DNA from: Bacilli bacterium
GTDB taxonomy: Bacteria > Bacillota_I > Bacilli_A > RF39 > UBA660
Length of the DNA stretch: 64,000 nucleotides
Assembly (NCBI GenBank): GCA_017460175.1
Contig: JAFUBO010000003.1
Location: forward strand, 96,651 to 160,650
Direction: 5' to 3'
A program made the position numbers and the translations under genes. The notes beneath the pieces were generated by a model. The model saw nothing but the letters and a program-made list of their open reading frames with translations. It ran no database searches and had not been told where the DNA came from. Below, in pieces: positions 18,011 through 27,730 of this stretch (the stretch's first letter is position 1; each line of letters begins with the position of its first letter).

Positions 18011-19237
18011 ATGACATGTTTTGAAGATTTAGAATGGAGAGGACTTATTAAAGATATATCTAGTCCTGAAATAAAAGATAAATTAAATAATGAGAAGTTA
18101 ACTTTTTATATTGGAACTGATCCAACAGCAGATTCTATGCATATTGGTCATTTTTCATCATTTTTAATAGCTACAAGACTTGCTAAATACGGACATAAGC
18201 CAATTTTACTTGTAGGTGGTGCAACTGGACTTATTGGTGATCCTAAACCATCAGCAGAAAGACAAATGATTACAAAGGAACAAGTAGAAAAGAATGTAGA
18301 AGGTTTAACTAAGCAAGCTAAAGAAATATTTGGTTTTGAAGTAGTAAATAATTATGATTGGATTAAGAATATTAATACAATTGATTTCTTAAGAGATTAT
18401 GGTAAATATATTAATGTTAATTATATGTTAGATAAAGATATTATAGCTAGACGTTTGGAAACAGGTATTACATTCTGTGAATTTGCTTATACAATATTAC
18501 AAGGATTAGATTTCTTGCATTTATATCATGATAAAGGTTGTACATTAGAAGTAGCAGGAAGTGATCAATGGGGTAATATTACTACAGGAATAGAACTTGC
18601 TAGAAAGAAAGATGATATTGAATTATATGGTTTAACTATGCCACTTGTACTTGATTCTAACGGTGTTAAATTTGGTAAGACTGAAGGTAATGCTTTATGG
18701 TTAGATAAGAATAAAACTTCTTCATATGAATTATATCAATATCTAATAAATACTGATGATGTATGTGTTATTGATTATTTAAAGAAATTAACATTCTTAA
18801 CTAAAGAAGAGATTGAAGATATAGAATCTAAGCATAAAGAAAGACCTGAAGAGAGATTAGCTCAAAAGGCTTTAGCTAAAGAGGTAATTACATTCTTACA
18901 TGGTGAAGAAGAATATGAAAAAGCATTAAAAATTACTGAATCATTATTTAGTGGAGATATTAAAAGTTTTACTTCTAAAGAAGTAGAAGATGCTTTTAAA
19001 GGAATTGTTCCTTTTGAAATTACTAGTGATTTAAATATAGTAGATTTATTAGTAGAAAGTGGTGTTTGTTCTAGTAAGAGGGAAGCTCGAGAATTTGTAA
19101 GTAATTCTTCTATTACTTTAAATGGGGAGAAGGTTACTGATTTAGATTTTGTTGTTACTAAGGATAAGTGTATTGATTCTAAGTATTTAGTAGTACGTAG
19201 AGGAAAGAAAAAATACTATGTTGGTATATATAAATAG
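18011..19237 (+). CDS. tyrS: Tyrosine--tRNA ligase
   Basis: GTDPTADSMHIGH, GSDQWGNI, KFGKT, C-terminal S4 domain; Tyr T-box. Start moved to 18011 (AAGGAGG spacing). Confidence 0.98.
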   Translation: MTCFEDLEWRGLIKDISSPEIKDKLNNEKLTFYIGTDPTADSMHIGHFSSFLIATRLAKYGHKPILLVGGATGLIGDPKPSAERQMITKEQVEKNVEGLTKQAKEIFGFEVVNNYDWIKNINTIDFLRDYGKYINVNYMLDKDIIARRLETGITFCEFAYTILQGLDFLHLYHDKGCTLEVAGSDQWGNITTGIELARKKDDIELYGLTMPLVLDSNGVKFGKTEGNALWLDKNKTSSYELYQYLINTDDVCVIDYLKKLTFLTKEEIEDIESKHKERPEERLAQKALAKEVITFLHGEEEYEKALKITESLFSGDIKSFTSKEVEDAFKGIVPFEITSDLNIVDLLVESGVCSSKREAREFVSNSSITLNGEKVTDLDFVVTKDKCIDSKYLVVRRGKKKYYVGIYK

Positions 19238-19283
19238 ATGTCTTTGACATCTTTTTTTATGATATAATTTAATTGGTGATAAG

Positions 19284-19820
19284 ATGAAGATAATATTAGT
19301 TAGACATGGTCAAACTGAAGATAATTATAATGGGATTATGCAAGGTAGAATTAATAATTTAATGAATGATACTGGCAGAAGACAATGTGAAAGATTGAGA
19401 AATAAGTTAATGGATAAAAAGATAGATTATTGTTATATGTCTCCTTTAGCTAGATGTGTTGAAACAGCATTTATATTAATAGGTGATAGAGTAGAAATGA
19501 TTAAGGATGATCGATTAATAGAACGTGATTTGGGTAAGCTTGAAGGTAAAAAAAGAGAATTGTATGATTCTTCTAAATATTGGAATTATGAATTAGATAG
19601 TGAAGATTTAGGTGTAGAATCTGTTAAGCATATTATTTCTAGATGTGAAGATTTTTTGAATTATATTAAGAGTAAGTATGATAAACATGCTTGTATATTA
19701 ATAGTTACACATAGTGCACCTTATCGTGCTTTAAAGATTTTATTACAAAATAAAAAGTTGACTGGCAATTTATTTGGTACAAGTGTAGAAAATGCAGATT
19801 TTGAAGAATTTGAGATATAA
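19284..19820 (+). CDS. Histidine phosphatase (phosphoglycerate mutase-like) family protein
   Basis: LVRHGQT, SPLARCVET, VTHS motifs. Confidence 0.9.
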   Translation: MKIILVRHGQTEDNYNGIMQGRINNLMNDTGRRQCERLRNKLMDKKIDYCYMSPLARCVETAFILIGDRVEMIKDDRLIERDLGKLEGKKRELYDSSKYWNYELDSEDLGVESVKHIISRCEDFLNYIKSKYDKHACILIVTHSAPYRALKILLQNKKLTGNLFGTSVENADFEEFEI

Positions 19821-19848
19821 AAAAAAGAAGAGTAAACTCTTCTTTTTT
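19820..19848. terminator. Bidirectional terminator
   Basis: AAAAAAAGAAGAG-TAAA-CTCTTCTTTTTTT between convergent genes. Confidence 0.85.
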
Positions 19849-20451
19849 TTACTTATTATAGAATTCAACTATTAATGCTTCGTTAATATCAGCATTAAGT
19901 TCATTTCTTTCTGGTAATCTAACGTAAGTTGCTTCCATTTTGTTTTCATCATAGTTAATGAATTCAACTCTTTTAGTTACTTTAGATAAAGCTTCAGTAA
20001 CTACTTTTAAGTTTTTATCATCATCTTTTAATGAAATAACATCTCCAACTTTACATCTGTATGATGGAATATCTACTTTCTTTCCATTAACAGTAACATG
20101 TCCGTGATTAACTAATTGTCTAGCTCCACGACGAGTGTTAGCAAAACCAATTCTATATACTAAGTTATCTAATCTTGATTCTAATAATCTTAAGAAATTA
20201 GTACCATGGATTCCTGATATTTTTGCAGCTTCATCAAATGTTTTTCTGAATTGTCTTTCATTTACACCATACATGAAACGTACTTTTTGTTTTTCTTTTA
20301 ATTGAGTTCCATAATCTGATAATTTACCTTTACGGTCATTACCATGTTGACCAGGTCCATATGGACGACGAGCTAATTCTTTACCAGTTTCACTGATTGA
20401 GAATCCAACACGACGAGCTTGTTTATAACTTGAACCAGTATATCTTGCCAT
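19849..20451 (-). CDS. rpsD: 30S ribosomal protein S4
   Basis: [41 protein letters not shown]. Confidence 0.99.
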   Translation of the reverse strand: MARYTGSSYKQARRVGFSISETGKELARRPYGPGQHGNDRKGKLSDYGTQLKEKQKVRFMYGVNERQFRKTFDEAAKISGIHGTNFLRLLESRLDNLVYRIGFANTRRGARQLVNHGHVTVNGKKVDIPSYRCKVGDVISLKDDDKNLKVVTEALSKVTKRVEFINYDENKMEATYVRLPERNELNADINEALIVEFYNK

Positions 20452-20481
20452 AATATTTCTCCTTTCCTTGTTTTACAAAGT

Positions 20482-20587
20482 CTTGAATAATTTAGCCACA
20501 TCTTAGGGAGTTTTTCTTTCACTAAACAGCCTTATCGCTACTTTATTTTGAAAAACACTTTAAAATATTCTAAATTCGCTGTTCAAG
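20482..20587 (-). promoter_or_regulatory. Structured rpsD 5' leader, probable S4 autoregulatory element
   Basis: About 150-nt UTR, GC-richer than its flanks; on the minus strand CTTGAA...AATTTA can pair with TAAATT...TTCAAG to close a multi-branch fold. Confidence 0.6.
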
Positions 20588-20602
20588 GAATTTGCACTAT
20601 TA

Positions 20603-20631
20603 ATTATATGTTAAAAGTGTTGATAAGTCAA
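20603..20631 (-). promoter_or_regulatory. SigA promoter of rpsD
   Basis: Minus strand TTGACT-17 nt-TATAAT. Confidence 0.85.
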
Positions 20632-20733
20632 GGAATTGTTTATTTTTTATGGGTATTTTGATAAATTTTATAGAAAATGTAGAAAAATGTCGTGTATATA
20701 TGGTAAAATAATGGTAAGAATAGAGGTGAAGTT

Positions 20734-22446
20734 ATGCAAGGGCAATTTCTTATTATTGGATCAGCTTCAGTTATTGCACTAATTATTGTTGTTGTAATAC
20801 TTCATATAGTTAGGAAAGCAGAGTTAAAGTATTATCGTGATAAAGTAAAGAACTTAGAAATACAACGTAATATGGTAGCTTCTACTCCTGTTTTAGTTGA
20901 ACTTTCTAAAGTAGAACCAATTATTAAAAATGATAAAATGGAAGAAAAATATAATAAATGGCAAGAGAAGTTTGAAGATATAAAAACTAGGAGATTAACA
21001 GTAATTGATGATATGTTAATTGATTTGGACATTTATGTTGATAAAAGAGATTATAAATCATGTGGTTATCGTATTGCTAAAACAGAGATAGAAATCTATA
21101 AAGTACGTGAAGCGGCAGAGCATTTACTTGATGAGATTAAAGATATAACTCTAAGTGAAGAAAAATATCGTAGTATTGTTACAAAATTGAAAACAAAATA
21201 TCGTCAATTAAATAAGGAATATCAAGATCATAAAGAATTATATGACTATATGCAAGAGGCTATAGAATTGCAACTTGAAAATATAGAAAAAAGATTTTTG
21301 GATTTTGAAAAAGTAATGGAAGAAAATGAATATAGTGAAGTAGTTAATATCTGTAAGGCACTTGATACTATGATAGAACATATGGATATTATTATTACAG
21401 AAATGCCTGATATTTTATTAATGGCGAATAAGATACTTCCAAATCGTATGAAAGAAGTAGAATTAACAAATAAAGAAATGATTCAAGAAGGGTATGTGTT
21501 AGATTATTTAAATATTGATTATAATATAGAAGAATCTAAAAAGAATATAGAAAAGATAATGGATAAAGTAAAAGTACTTAATCTTGAAGGTTCTATGTTT
21601 GATTTAAAGACTATGCTTGAATATTATGATTCGCTATTTGTTGATTTTGAAAAAGAGCGATTATCAAGAAAGGTATATGAAGAAACAGTTGAAGATTTCT
21701 ATAAAAGATTAGAAAAGACTAATACATTGGTTCAAGATGTGTATAATCAATTAGATGACATTAAAAATATGTATGATTTGAATGATGAAGATCTTGATAT
21801 TATTGATGAAGTTAATAAAACATTGGTAGTTATTAATGATGATTATCGTAAGATGATTGCGAAAGATGAGTCTAAATCTAGTCCATATTCTAAATTAAAT
21901 GAAGAAGTTGATAATTTATCTAATCGACTTACAATTATGGAAGATGATTTTGATAAAGCTTTAAAATCTTTAGGTAATATGTATGATGATGAAGTACGTG
22001 CAAGAGAGCAATTAGAAGAAATAGAAGGGTTCTTAAAGACATGTAAGACTCAAATTAGGAGTTATAAATTACCAATTATTACTGATAATTATTTTGTTCA
22101 ATTGAATGAGGCTAATGAAGCAATTGGTGAAGTAATAAAGGAACTTAGTAAAAAACCAATTGAAATTAAAATATTAAATACAAGGGTAGATACTGCCAGG
22201 GACTTAGTATTAAAATTGTATAATACTACATTGGATATGGTTAAAACAGCTACTTTAGCTGAAAAAGTAATTGTTTATGGAAATCGTTATAGAAATAAAT
22301 ATAATGATGTAGATAAAGAATTAAGTGATGCTGAGAAAATGTTTTATAAAGGTAATTATAAAGATGCTTTAGATATATCTATTAAAGCTACATCTAAAGT
22401 TGATGAAAAAATTTATAGAAAGTTGATGGGTGTTTATGAAAAATAA
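20734..22446 (+). CDS. ezrA: Septation ring formation regulator
   Basis: N-terminal TM, long spectrin-like helical body, VIVYGNRYR (QNR-patch equivalent); divergent from rpsD as in Bacilli. Confidence 0.93.
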   Translation: MQGQFLIIGSASVIALIIVVVILHIVRKAELKYYRDKVKNLEIQRNMVASTPVLVELSKVEPIIKNDKMEEKYNKWQEKFEDIKTRRLTVIDDMLIDLDIYVDKRDYKSCGYRIAKTEIEIYKVREAAEHLLDEIKDITLSEEKYRSIVTKLKTKYRQLNKEYQDHKELYDYMQEAIELQLENIEKRFLDFEKVMEENEYSEVVNICKALDTMIEHMDIIITEMPDILLMANKILPNRMKEVELTNKEMIQEGYVLDYLNIDYNIEESKKNIEKIMDKVKVLNLEGSMFDLKTMLEYYDSLFVDFEKERLSRKVYEETVEDFYKRLEKTNTLVQDVYNQLDDIKNMYDLNDEDLDIIDEVNKTLVVINDDYRKMIAKDESKSSPYSKLNEEVDNLSNRLTIMEDDFDKALKSLGNMYDDEVRAREQLEEIEGFLKTCKTQIRSYKLPIITDNYFVQLNEANEAIGEVIKELSKKPIEIKILNTRVDTARDLVLKLYNTTLDMVKTATLAEKVIVYGNRYRNKYNDVDKELSDAEKMFYKGNYKDALDISIKATSKVDEKIYRKLMGVYEK

Positions 22447-23050
22447 AGGATTTGGAAAATTTGAAGTTTTGACAATGATAGTTTTATTAATGGCAATAAT
22501 TGCTTATATTTTATGGTATTTTTTAGCAGGAAGTGATTCACAAAAATTTAATACGATGAAAAAGAATGCTATTAATTTTTCAAAAGTAGTTTCTACTAAT
22601 AATAATTCTTTCCATAATACAGAACATGTTTATTTAGGAGAAGTAATTACAGAAGGATTAATTCCTAATGTTAAGAGTCCATTTAGTGGAAAAGATTGCT
22701 CTGTATCTGATTCAAAAGTAGATTTTGATAATGATTTACCTTTAGTAACATTACAATGTGATAATTATTTAATTGATGCAGTTAGATTTTCTGGAGATTA
22801 TAACAATGTTCCTATTTATAAAGTTGGTAAATGGCAAACAGAAAAACCTAAAAAGAATTATGAGGAGAAAGTATTATATAATTGTATGGATGGTACTAAA
22901 GAAAAATATCCTGAATATTATGAAGAATTATACTTTGTATTTCGTATAAATGAAGATTTTGGAAGAAGTCATTTCTTTGCTAGTACAATAGGTAATGATT
23001 GTAGAGTAGTAACAAAAACATTCTACCGTACTAAAGTTAGAGTAAAATAA
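22436..23050 (+). CDS. Type IV pilin-like (prepilin-type) membrane-anchored protein
   Basis: MKNKG|FGKFEVLTMIVLL: Gly at -1, Phe +1, Glu +5, then hydrophobic helix; Cys residues in the body. Overlaps the ezrA stop. Confidence 0.55.
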   Translation: MKNKGFGKFEVLTMIVLLMAIIAYILWYFLAGSDSQKFNTMKKNAINFSKVVSTNNNSFHNTEHVYLGEVITEGLIPNVKSPFSGKDCSVSDSKVDFDNDLPLVTLQCDNYLIDAVRFSGDYNNVPIYKVGKWQTEKPKKNYEEKVLYNCMDGTKEKYPEYYEELYFVFRINEDFGRSHFFASTIGNDCRVVTKTFYRTKVRVK

Positions 23051-23071
23051 CAACCTTATGGTTGTTTTTTT
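23048..23071 (+). terminator. Terminator after the pilin-like gene
   Basis: AACAACC-TTAT-GGTTGTT plus T run. Confidence 0.75.
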
Positions 23072-23108
23072 GTTAGTTAATATGCTAAAATATGTGCGTG
23101 GTGATAAT

Positions 23109-24296
23109 ATGGATAGAGTTATTTTAATTAAATATGGGGAATTATCAACAAAAAAAGATAATCGTAATTATTTTATAAACACTTTATATAATAATTTAAA
23201 AAATAAACTTAATAAGTATGATGTTAAAATTCATAAAGATAGAGCTAGAATGTATGTGGAATTTTTAGATAAAGATTTAAATGATATAAAAAATATTGTT
23301 TCAAAAGTATTTGGAATTCACACATATCATATTGCTTATATAGTAGATAGTGATTCTAATACTATAAAAGAAAAGGTATTGAGTGCTGTTAAAGAACAAA
23401 AGTTTATTACTTTTAAAGTTGAAACAAAAAGAAGTGATAAGAAATTTCCTATACATAGTCAAGATTATAATAGAGTACTTGGTGGTTTGATATTAAAAAA
23501 CATTCCTGGTAGTAAAGTAGATGTTCATAATCCAGATTTGTGGATTACTGTAGAAATTAGAGAAAATAATAGTTTTATTTATTTTAATTCATATAAAGGT
23601 AGTGGAGGATATCCAGTTGGTACACAATCTAAAGGTATGCTTATGCTTTCTGGTGGTATAGATTCTCCTGTTGCAGGATATCTTGCGTTAAAAAGGGGAA
23701 TGACTTTGGATGCAGTATATTTTGAAGCTATGCCTCATACTAGTATAGAGGCGCGTAATAAGGTTATTTCTTTATGTAAAAAATTATCTTGTTATACTGA
23801 TCATATTAATTTACATATAGTTAATTTTACTCCGATACAAGAAGAAATATATAAAAGTGCACGTGAAGATTATATGATTACTATTATGCGTAGAATGATG
23901 TATAGAATAATGGATAAATTATGTCATAAATATAAAGGGTTAGTAATAGTAAATGGTGAAAGTGTAGGACAAGTTGCGTCTCAAACATTAACTAGTATGA
24001 ATGTTATTAATAGTGTGACAAATATGCCTGTAATTAGGCCTGTAGCTTGTTTTGATAAATTAGAAATAATGGATATTGCGAGAAATATAGATACTTATGA
24101 TATAAGTATTATCCCTTATGAAGATTGTTGTACAGTATTTGTACCACGTCATCCTGCTATTAATCCTAAATTATCTATCGCAGAAAGTGAAGAAAATAAA
24201 TTTGATTATAATTCTTTAATTGAAAAAGCAATAGATACTATTAATACTATTAAAGTAACTAGTGAAGATGATAATGAATTTAAAGAATTATTATAA
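23109..24296 (+). CDS. thiI: tRNA 4-thiouridine synthase
   Basis: LIKYGELSTK, THUMP region, PP-loop LSGGIDSPVA, TGE-like NGESVGQVASQT, YEDCC; no rhodanese domain. Start moved to 23109. Confidence 0.96.
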   Translation: MDRVILIKYGELSTKKDNRNYFINTLYNNLKNKLNKYDVKIHKDRARMYVEFLDKDLNDIKNIVSKVFGIHTYHIAYIVDSDSNTIKEKVLSAVKEQKFITFKVETKRSDKKFPIHSQDYNRVLGGLILKNIPGSKVDVHNPDLWITVEIRENNSFIYFNSYKGSGGYPVGTQSKGMLMLSGGIDSPVAGYLALKRGMTLDAVYFEAMPHTSIEARNKVISLCKKLSCYTDHINLHIVNFTPIQEEIYKSAREDYMITIMRRMMYRIMDKLCHKYKGLVIVNGESVGQVASQTLTSMNVINSVTNMPVIRPVACFDKLEIMDIARNIDTYDISIIPYEDCCTVFVPRHPAINPKLSIAESEENKFDYNSLIEKAIDTINTIKVTSEDDNEFKELL

Positions 24297-24301
24297 TTTA
24301 A

Positions 24302-24330
24302 GTATTAATCTATAAAATATTCACAACCTA
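24302..24330 (+). promoter_or_regulatory. Possible SigG/SigF-type forespore promoter
   Basis: GTATT-17 nt-CAACCTA, close to the GHATR / CATHHTA consensus, directly upstream of the SASP gene. Confidence 0.4.
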
Positions 24331-24348
24331 TATATAGGAGGTGAATTT

Positions 24349-24555
24349 ATGTCTAAAAAAGTAACTAAAAGAACTAAAAAAACTTCTATTAATAAGAAAA
24401 AAAGAACAAGTTCTAGTAATTCCATTGATAGAATGAAATATGAAATTGCCAATGAATTTGGTGTTAAATTAGGTCCAGATGCTAGTAGTAAGGATAATGG
24501 TAGAGTTGGTGGAGAAATTACTAAGAGATTAATAGAAAAAGGTTTAAAAAAATAA
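24349..24555 (+). CDS. Alpha/beta-type small acid-soluble spore protein
   Basis: [11 protein letters not shown]...[13 protein letters not shown] signature; follows thiI like B. subtilis sspA. Confidence 0.93.
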   Translation: MSKKVTKRTKKTSINKKKRTSSSNSIDRMKYEIANEFGVKLGPDASSKDNGRVGGEITKRLIEKGLKK

Positions 24556-24580
24556 AAAACAAGGATTTCCTTGTTTTTAT
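24554..24580. terminator. Bidirectional terminator
   Basis: AAAAACAAGG-ATTT-CCTTGTTTTT between convergent genes. Confidence 0.8.
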
Positions 24581-25428
24581 TTTAAACTAGTATTATTTAT
24601 CTCTTTATTATTATTAAGATATTGTTCAATACTATTAATCTTTTGCTTTAAATACTTCATTTTTCTTTCGATTTCTTCTTGTTTACTTATATTTTTTTCT
24701 TTATGAGTTTCTTCCAGTATTTCATCTAATTCTTCAATTTTAATTCTATAAGCAGTTAATAATTTAGTGTATATATCAGAATCTATATTACTTTTATTAT
24801 TTGCTTCATCAAGTTGCATATCTAATAAATCTATTTCTTTATTTAATTTTTCTAAATGATTATCAAAATAATTTTGTTTATTTATTTTATCTTTTTTTAA
24901 TTCTTCTCTTGCATTAGATAATTCAAGCATTTCATTTATATTATCACGAAATTCTTTACCTTTAATACCAACCGCTGCGACATCATTTAAAAATGTTTTT
25001 ATATCATTCAAATCTTCTGGTTGTTGATATCGTTGTAATATATATACAAAGTTTTTTTGAGCATGATTTCTATTAGGTATAACATCATCTAAAGCTAATG
25101 TATGTAAAGTCTTTTCTAAATCTGTTTTTAAATTTTCATTTTTTGTATTTATTTTAATATTTTTATATTCACTTATTAATTGTGGTTCTTTATCAGGTAA
25201 TTTTCTTAGAATTGAAACTTCTCCTTTTACTTCTTGATGGTTTTCTTTTTTCTTCTTCTCTTCTAATATTCTTTTTTCTTCCTTTTTAATATTAAATAAT
25301 ACACTGTTCCAGTAATTTATCGCAATACAGTCTTCTTTTTCTAAGGAAATTTTCATTTTTTTTAGTACTTCACTTTTTCTTTCTTCAAGATTACCATCAG
25401 GTTGATAATTATTCTCGGTATTATCCAT
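24577..25428 (-). CDS. Hypothetical K/E-rich coiled-coil protein
   Basis: 283-aa ORF with GGAGTGAT SD; no motif recognised. Confidence 0.7.
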   Translation of the reverse strand: MDNTENNYQPDGNLEERKSEVLKKMKISLEKEDCIAINYWNSVLFNIKKEEKRILEEKKKKENHQEVKGEVSILRKLPDKEPQLISEYKNIKINTKNENLKTDLEKTLHTLALDDVIPNRNHAQKNFVYILQRYQQPEDLNDIKTFLNDVAAVGIKGKEFRDNINEMLELSNAREELKKDKINKQNYFDNHLEKLNKEIDLLDMQLDEANNKSNIDSDIYTKLLTAYRIKIEELDEILEETHKEKNISKQEEIERKMKYLKQKINSIEQYLNNNKEINNTSLK

Positions 25429-25542
25429 ATAATCACTCCTATTATATTTAATTATATCATATTAGTAATTTATTTATAGTAATATTTATTGTAATTTTAC
25501 ATATTTTTTGATAATATATGTATATTGAAAAGGAGAGAGAAT

Positions 25543-26742
25543 ATGAAATTTTTATGTGTTAATGCTGGAAGTAGTTCTTTAAAATTTCAATTATTCGATA
25601 TGCCAGAAGAAAAAGTAATAATTAGTGGATATATTGAAAAAATAGGGTTGGAAGATAGTTTCTGGACTACTAAAGTAAATGGTGAAAAAATAAAAGGAGC
25701 AAAATATTTAAAGAATCATAATGAGGCTGTACAAGTTTTATTAGATGAACTTATAGAACACAAAGCAGTTAAATCATTAGATGAAATAAAGGGTGTAGGA
25801 CATCGTGTATTACATGGTGGAGAAAAATATAGTAATTCAGTTTTAATTACTGATGAAGTAATAGAAGATATTAAGGAATTAACTAAATTAGGTCCACTAC
25901 ATCATCCAGGTAATTTAGCTGGAATTGAGGCTTTAAAGGAAGTGTTACCTAATGTGCCAATGGTAGCAGTTTATGATACAGCTTTCCATCAAACTATGCC
26001 AAAAGAAAATTATATGTATCCTGTACCATATGAATGGTATTTAAAATATGGAGTTAGAAAATATGGTTTTCATGGTACTAGTCATAAATATATTACTACT
26101 GTAATGAAAGAAAAATTAGGTAAAGATGATGTTAACTTAATTATTTGTCATATTGGTAGTGGAGCATCTATAAGTGCCATTAAAGATGGCAAATGTTTTG
26201 ATACTACAATGGGTATTACTCCGTTAGATGGTTTAATGATGGGTACAAGAAGTGGTGCAATTGATCCTTCTATTTTAGAATATGTTTGTAAAGAATCAGG
26301 AATGGATATAGGAGAAGTAACTAATGCATTAAACAAGAAGAGTGGTTTGCTAGGTGTATGTGGATTTTCTGATAACAGAGATGTTGAAAAAGCTGCAGCT
26401 TCTGGTGATGAAAGAGCAGTTTTAGCTTTAAATATGTATCATGATAGAATAGCTAACTATATAGCTCAATATTATATAGAATTAGGTGGTAAGGTAGATG
26501 CAATAGTATTTACTGCTGGTATTGGAGAAAATGGTATTGAATCTCGTGAAGAAATTATTAATAGATTAGCTCCAATTGGTTTAACTATTGATAAAGAAGT
26601 TAATAATACGATTGCAGGATATCGTGATAAGCAAGAAGGTATTATTAGTGGAAAAGATTCTAAAGTTGCTATTTATGTTGTTCCAACTAATGAAGAATTA
26701 ATGATTATTAAAGATACTTATGAAATAGTTAATAAAAAGTAG
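25543..26742 (+). CDS. ackA: Acetate kinase (copy 1)
   Basis: VNAGSSSLK, GHRVLHGG, DTAFHQT, RKYGFHGTSH, GTRSG, FTAGIGEN, PTNEEL. Start moved to 25543. Confidence 0.96.
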   Translation: MKFLCVNAGSSSLKFQLFDMPEEKVIISGYIEKIGLEDSFWTTKVNGEKIKGAKYLKNHNEAVQVLLDELIEHKAVKSLDEIKGVGHRVLHGGEKYSNSVLITDEVIEDIKELTKLGPLHHPGNLAGIEALKEVLPNVPMVAVYDTAFHQTMPKENYMYPVPYEWYLKYGVRKYGFHGTSHKYITTVMKEKLGKDDVNLIICHIGSGASISAIKDGKCFDTTMGITPLDGLMMGTRSGAIDPSILEYVCKESGMDIGEVTNALNKKSGLLGVCGFSDNRDVEKAAASGDERAVLALNMYHDRIANYIAQYYIELGGKVDAIVFTAGIGENGIESREEIINRLAPIGLTIDKEVNNTIAGYRDKQEGIISGKDSKVAIYVVPTNEELMIIKDTYEIVNKK

Positions 26743-26809
26743 GTTTTTCCTACTTTTTAATTGCTTTATTATTTAATATTTATTAAAATATAAAATAGGT
26801 GATGTCTAT

Positions 26810-27658
26810 ATGAGTCTTTTAATAGTTGCAGCAGTTTTACCCGTTTTCGTGTTATGTTTTTTTGTATATAAAAAGGATCCTCATCATGAACCAGGTAATT
26901 TACTTGTTAAAATATTTACTTTAGGTTTTTTTAGCGCAATACCTGTGTTTGTTGTTGAAATATTTTTAGGGAAAGTATTTCCTACTAAAGAGGTAAGTAA
27001 TTTTATATTAATATTTATAAATACATTTATTTCAGTGGCATTAGTTGAAGAAGGATTTAAATGGATAGTTACAACTTTTATTGGATACAAAGGTAAAGAA
27101 TTTGATGAAATATATGATATTATTGTTTATGCTACATTTGCTTCGTTAGGATTTGCTTGTATAGAAAATATATTATATGTAATTTCTCATGGTTTTTTAA
27201 ATGCATTACTTAGAGCGTTAACTTCAATACCTGGACACGCGTGTTTTGGAATTATAATGGGATATTTTCTTGCACAAGCTAAAATTGGTACAATTAATAA
27301 GAATGTGAAAATTTTTCAAAAAAATATACTTTTAAGCTTGTTTATTCCTACTATTTTTCATACATTATATGATGCATTTTTATTGTATACTTCTTATAAT
27401 TTACTTGGTATATTATTATTTTTTGTATTTGATATTTTTATGGTTGTATTATGCTTTATTACTATTAATAAAATGTCTAAGATTCAATATAATTTGGATA
27501 AAAATCTTAATACTGGGGTTATATCAACAGATAAAACAGGTCAGTTGGTATTTTCAAATCCAATAAGTATTAATAAAGAAATTAATTATTGTCCTATATG
27601 TGGAAGTCCTGTTAAAGATTATATTTATTGTTCAAAATGTGGTTTTAAAATAAGATAG
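26810..27658 (+). CDS. prsW: PrsW-family intramembrane glutamic protease with C-terminal zinc ribbon
   Basis: EEGFK, FACIEN, GHAC, HTLYD motifs; C-terminal CPICG...CSKCG. Confidence 0.85.
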   Translation: MSLLIVAAVLPVFVLCFFVYKKDPHHEPGNLLVKIFTLGFFSAIPVFVVEIFLGKVFPTKEVSNFILIFINTFISVALVEEGFKWIVTTFIGYKGKEFDEIYDIIVYATFASLGFACIENILYVISHGFLNALLRALTSIPGHACFGIIMGYFLAQAKIGTINKNVKIFQKNILLSLFIPTIFHTLYDAFLLYTSYNLLGILLFFVFDIFMVVLCFITINKMSKIQYNLDKNLNTGVISTDKTGQLVFSNPISINKEINYCPICGSPVKDYIYCSKCGFKIR

Positions 27659-27730
27659 AGAGATAATTCTTTCTATTTTTCTTTTATTATAGTATAATAT
27701 TAATGATAGTTTTAGAAAGAAGGAATTCTA

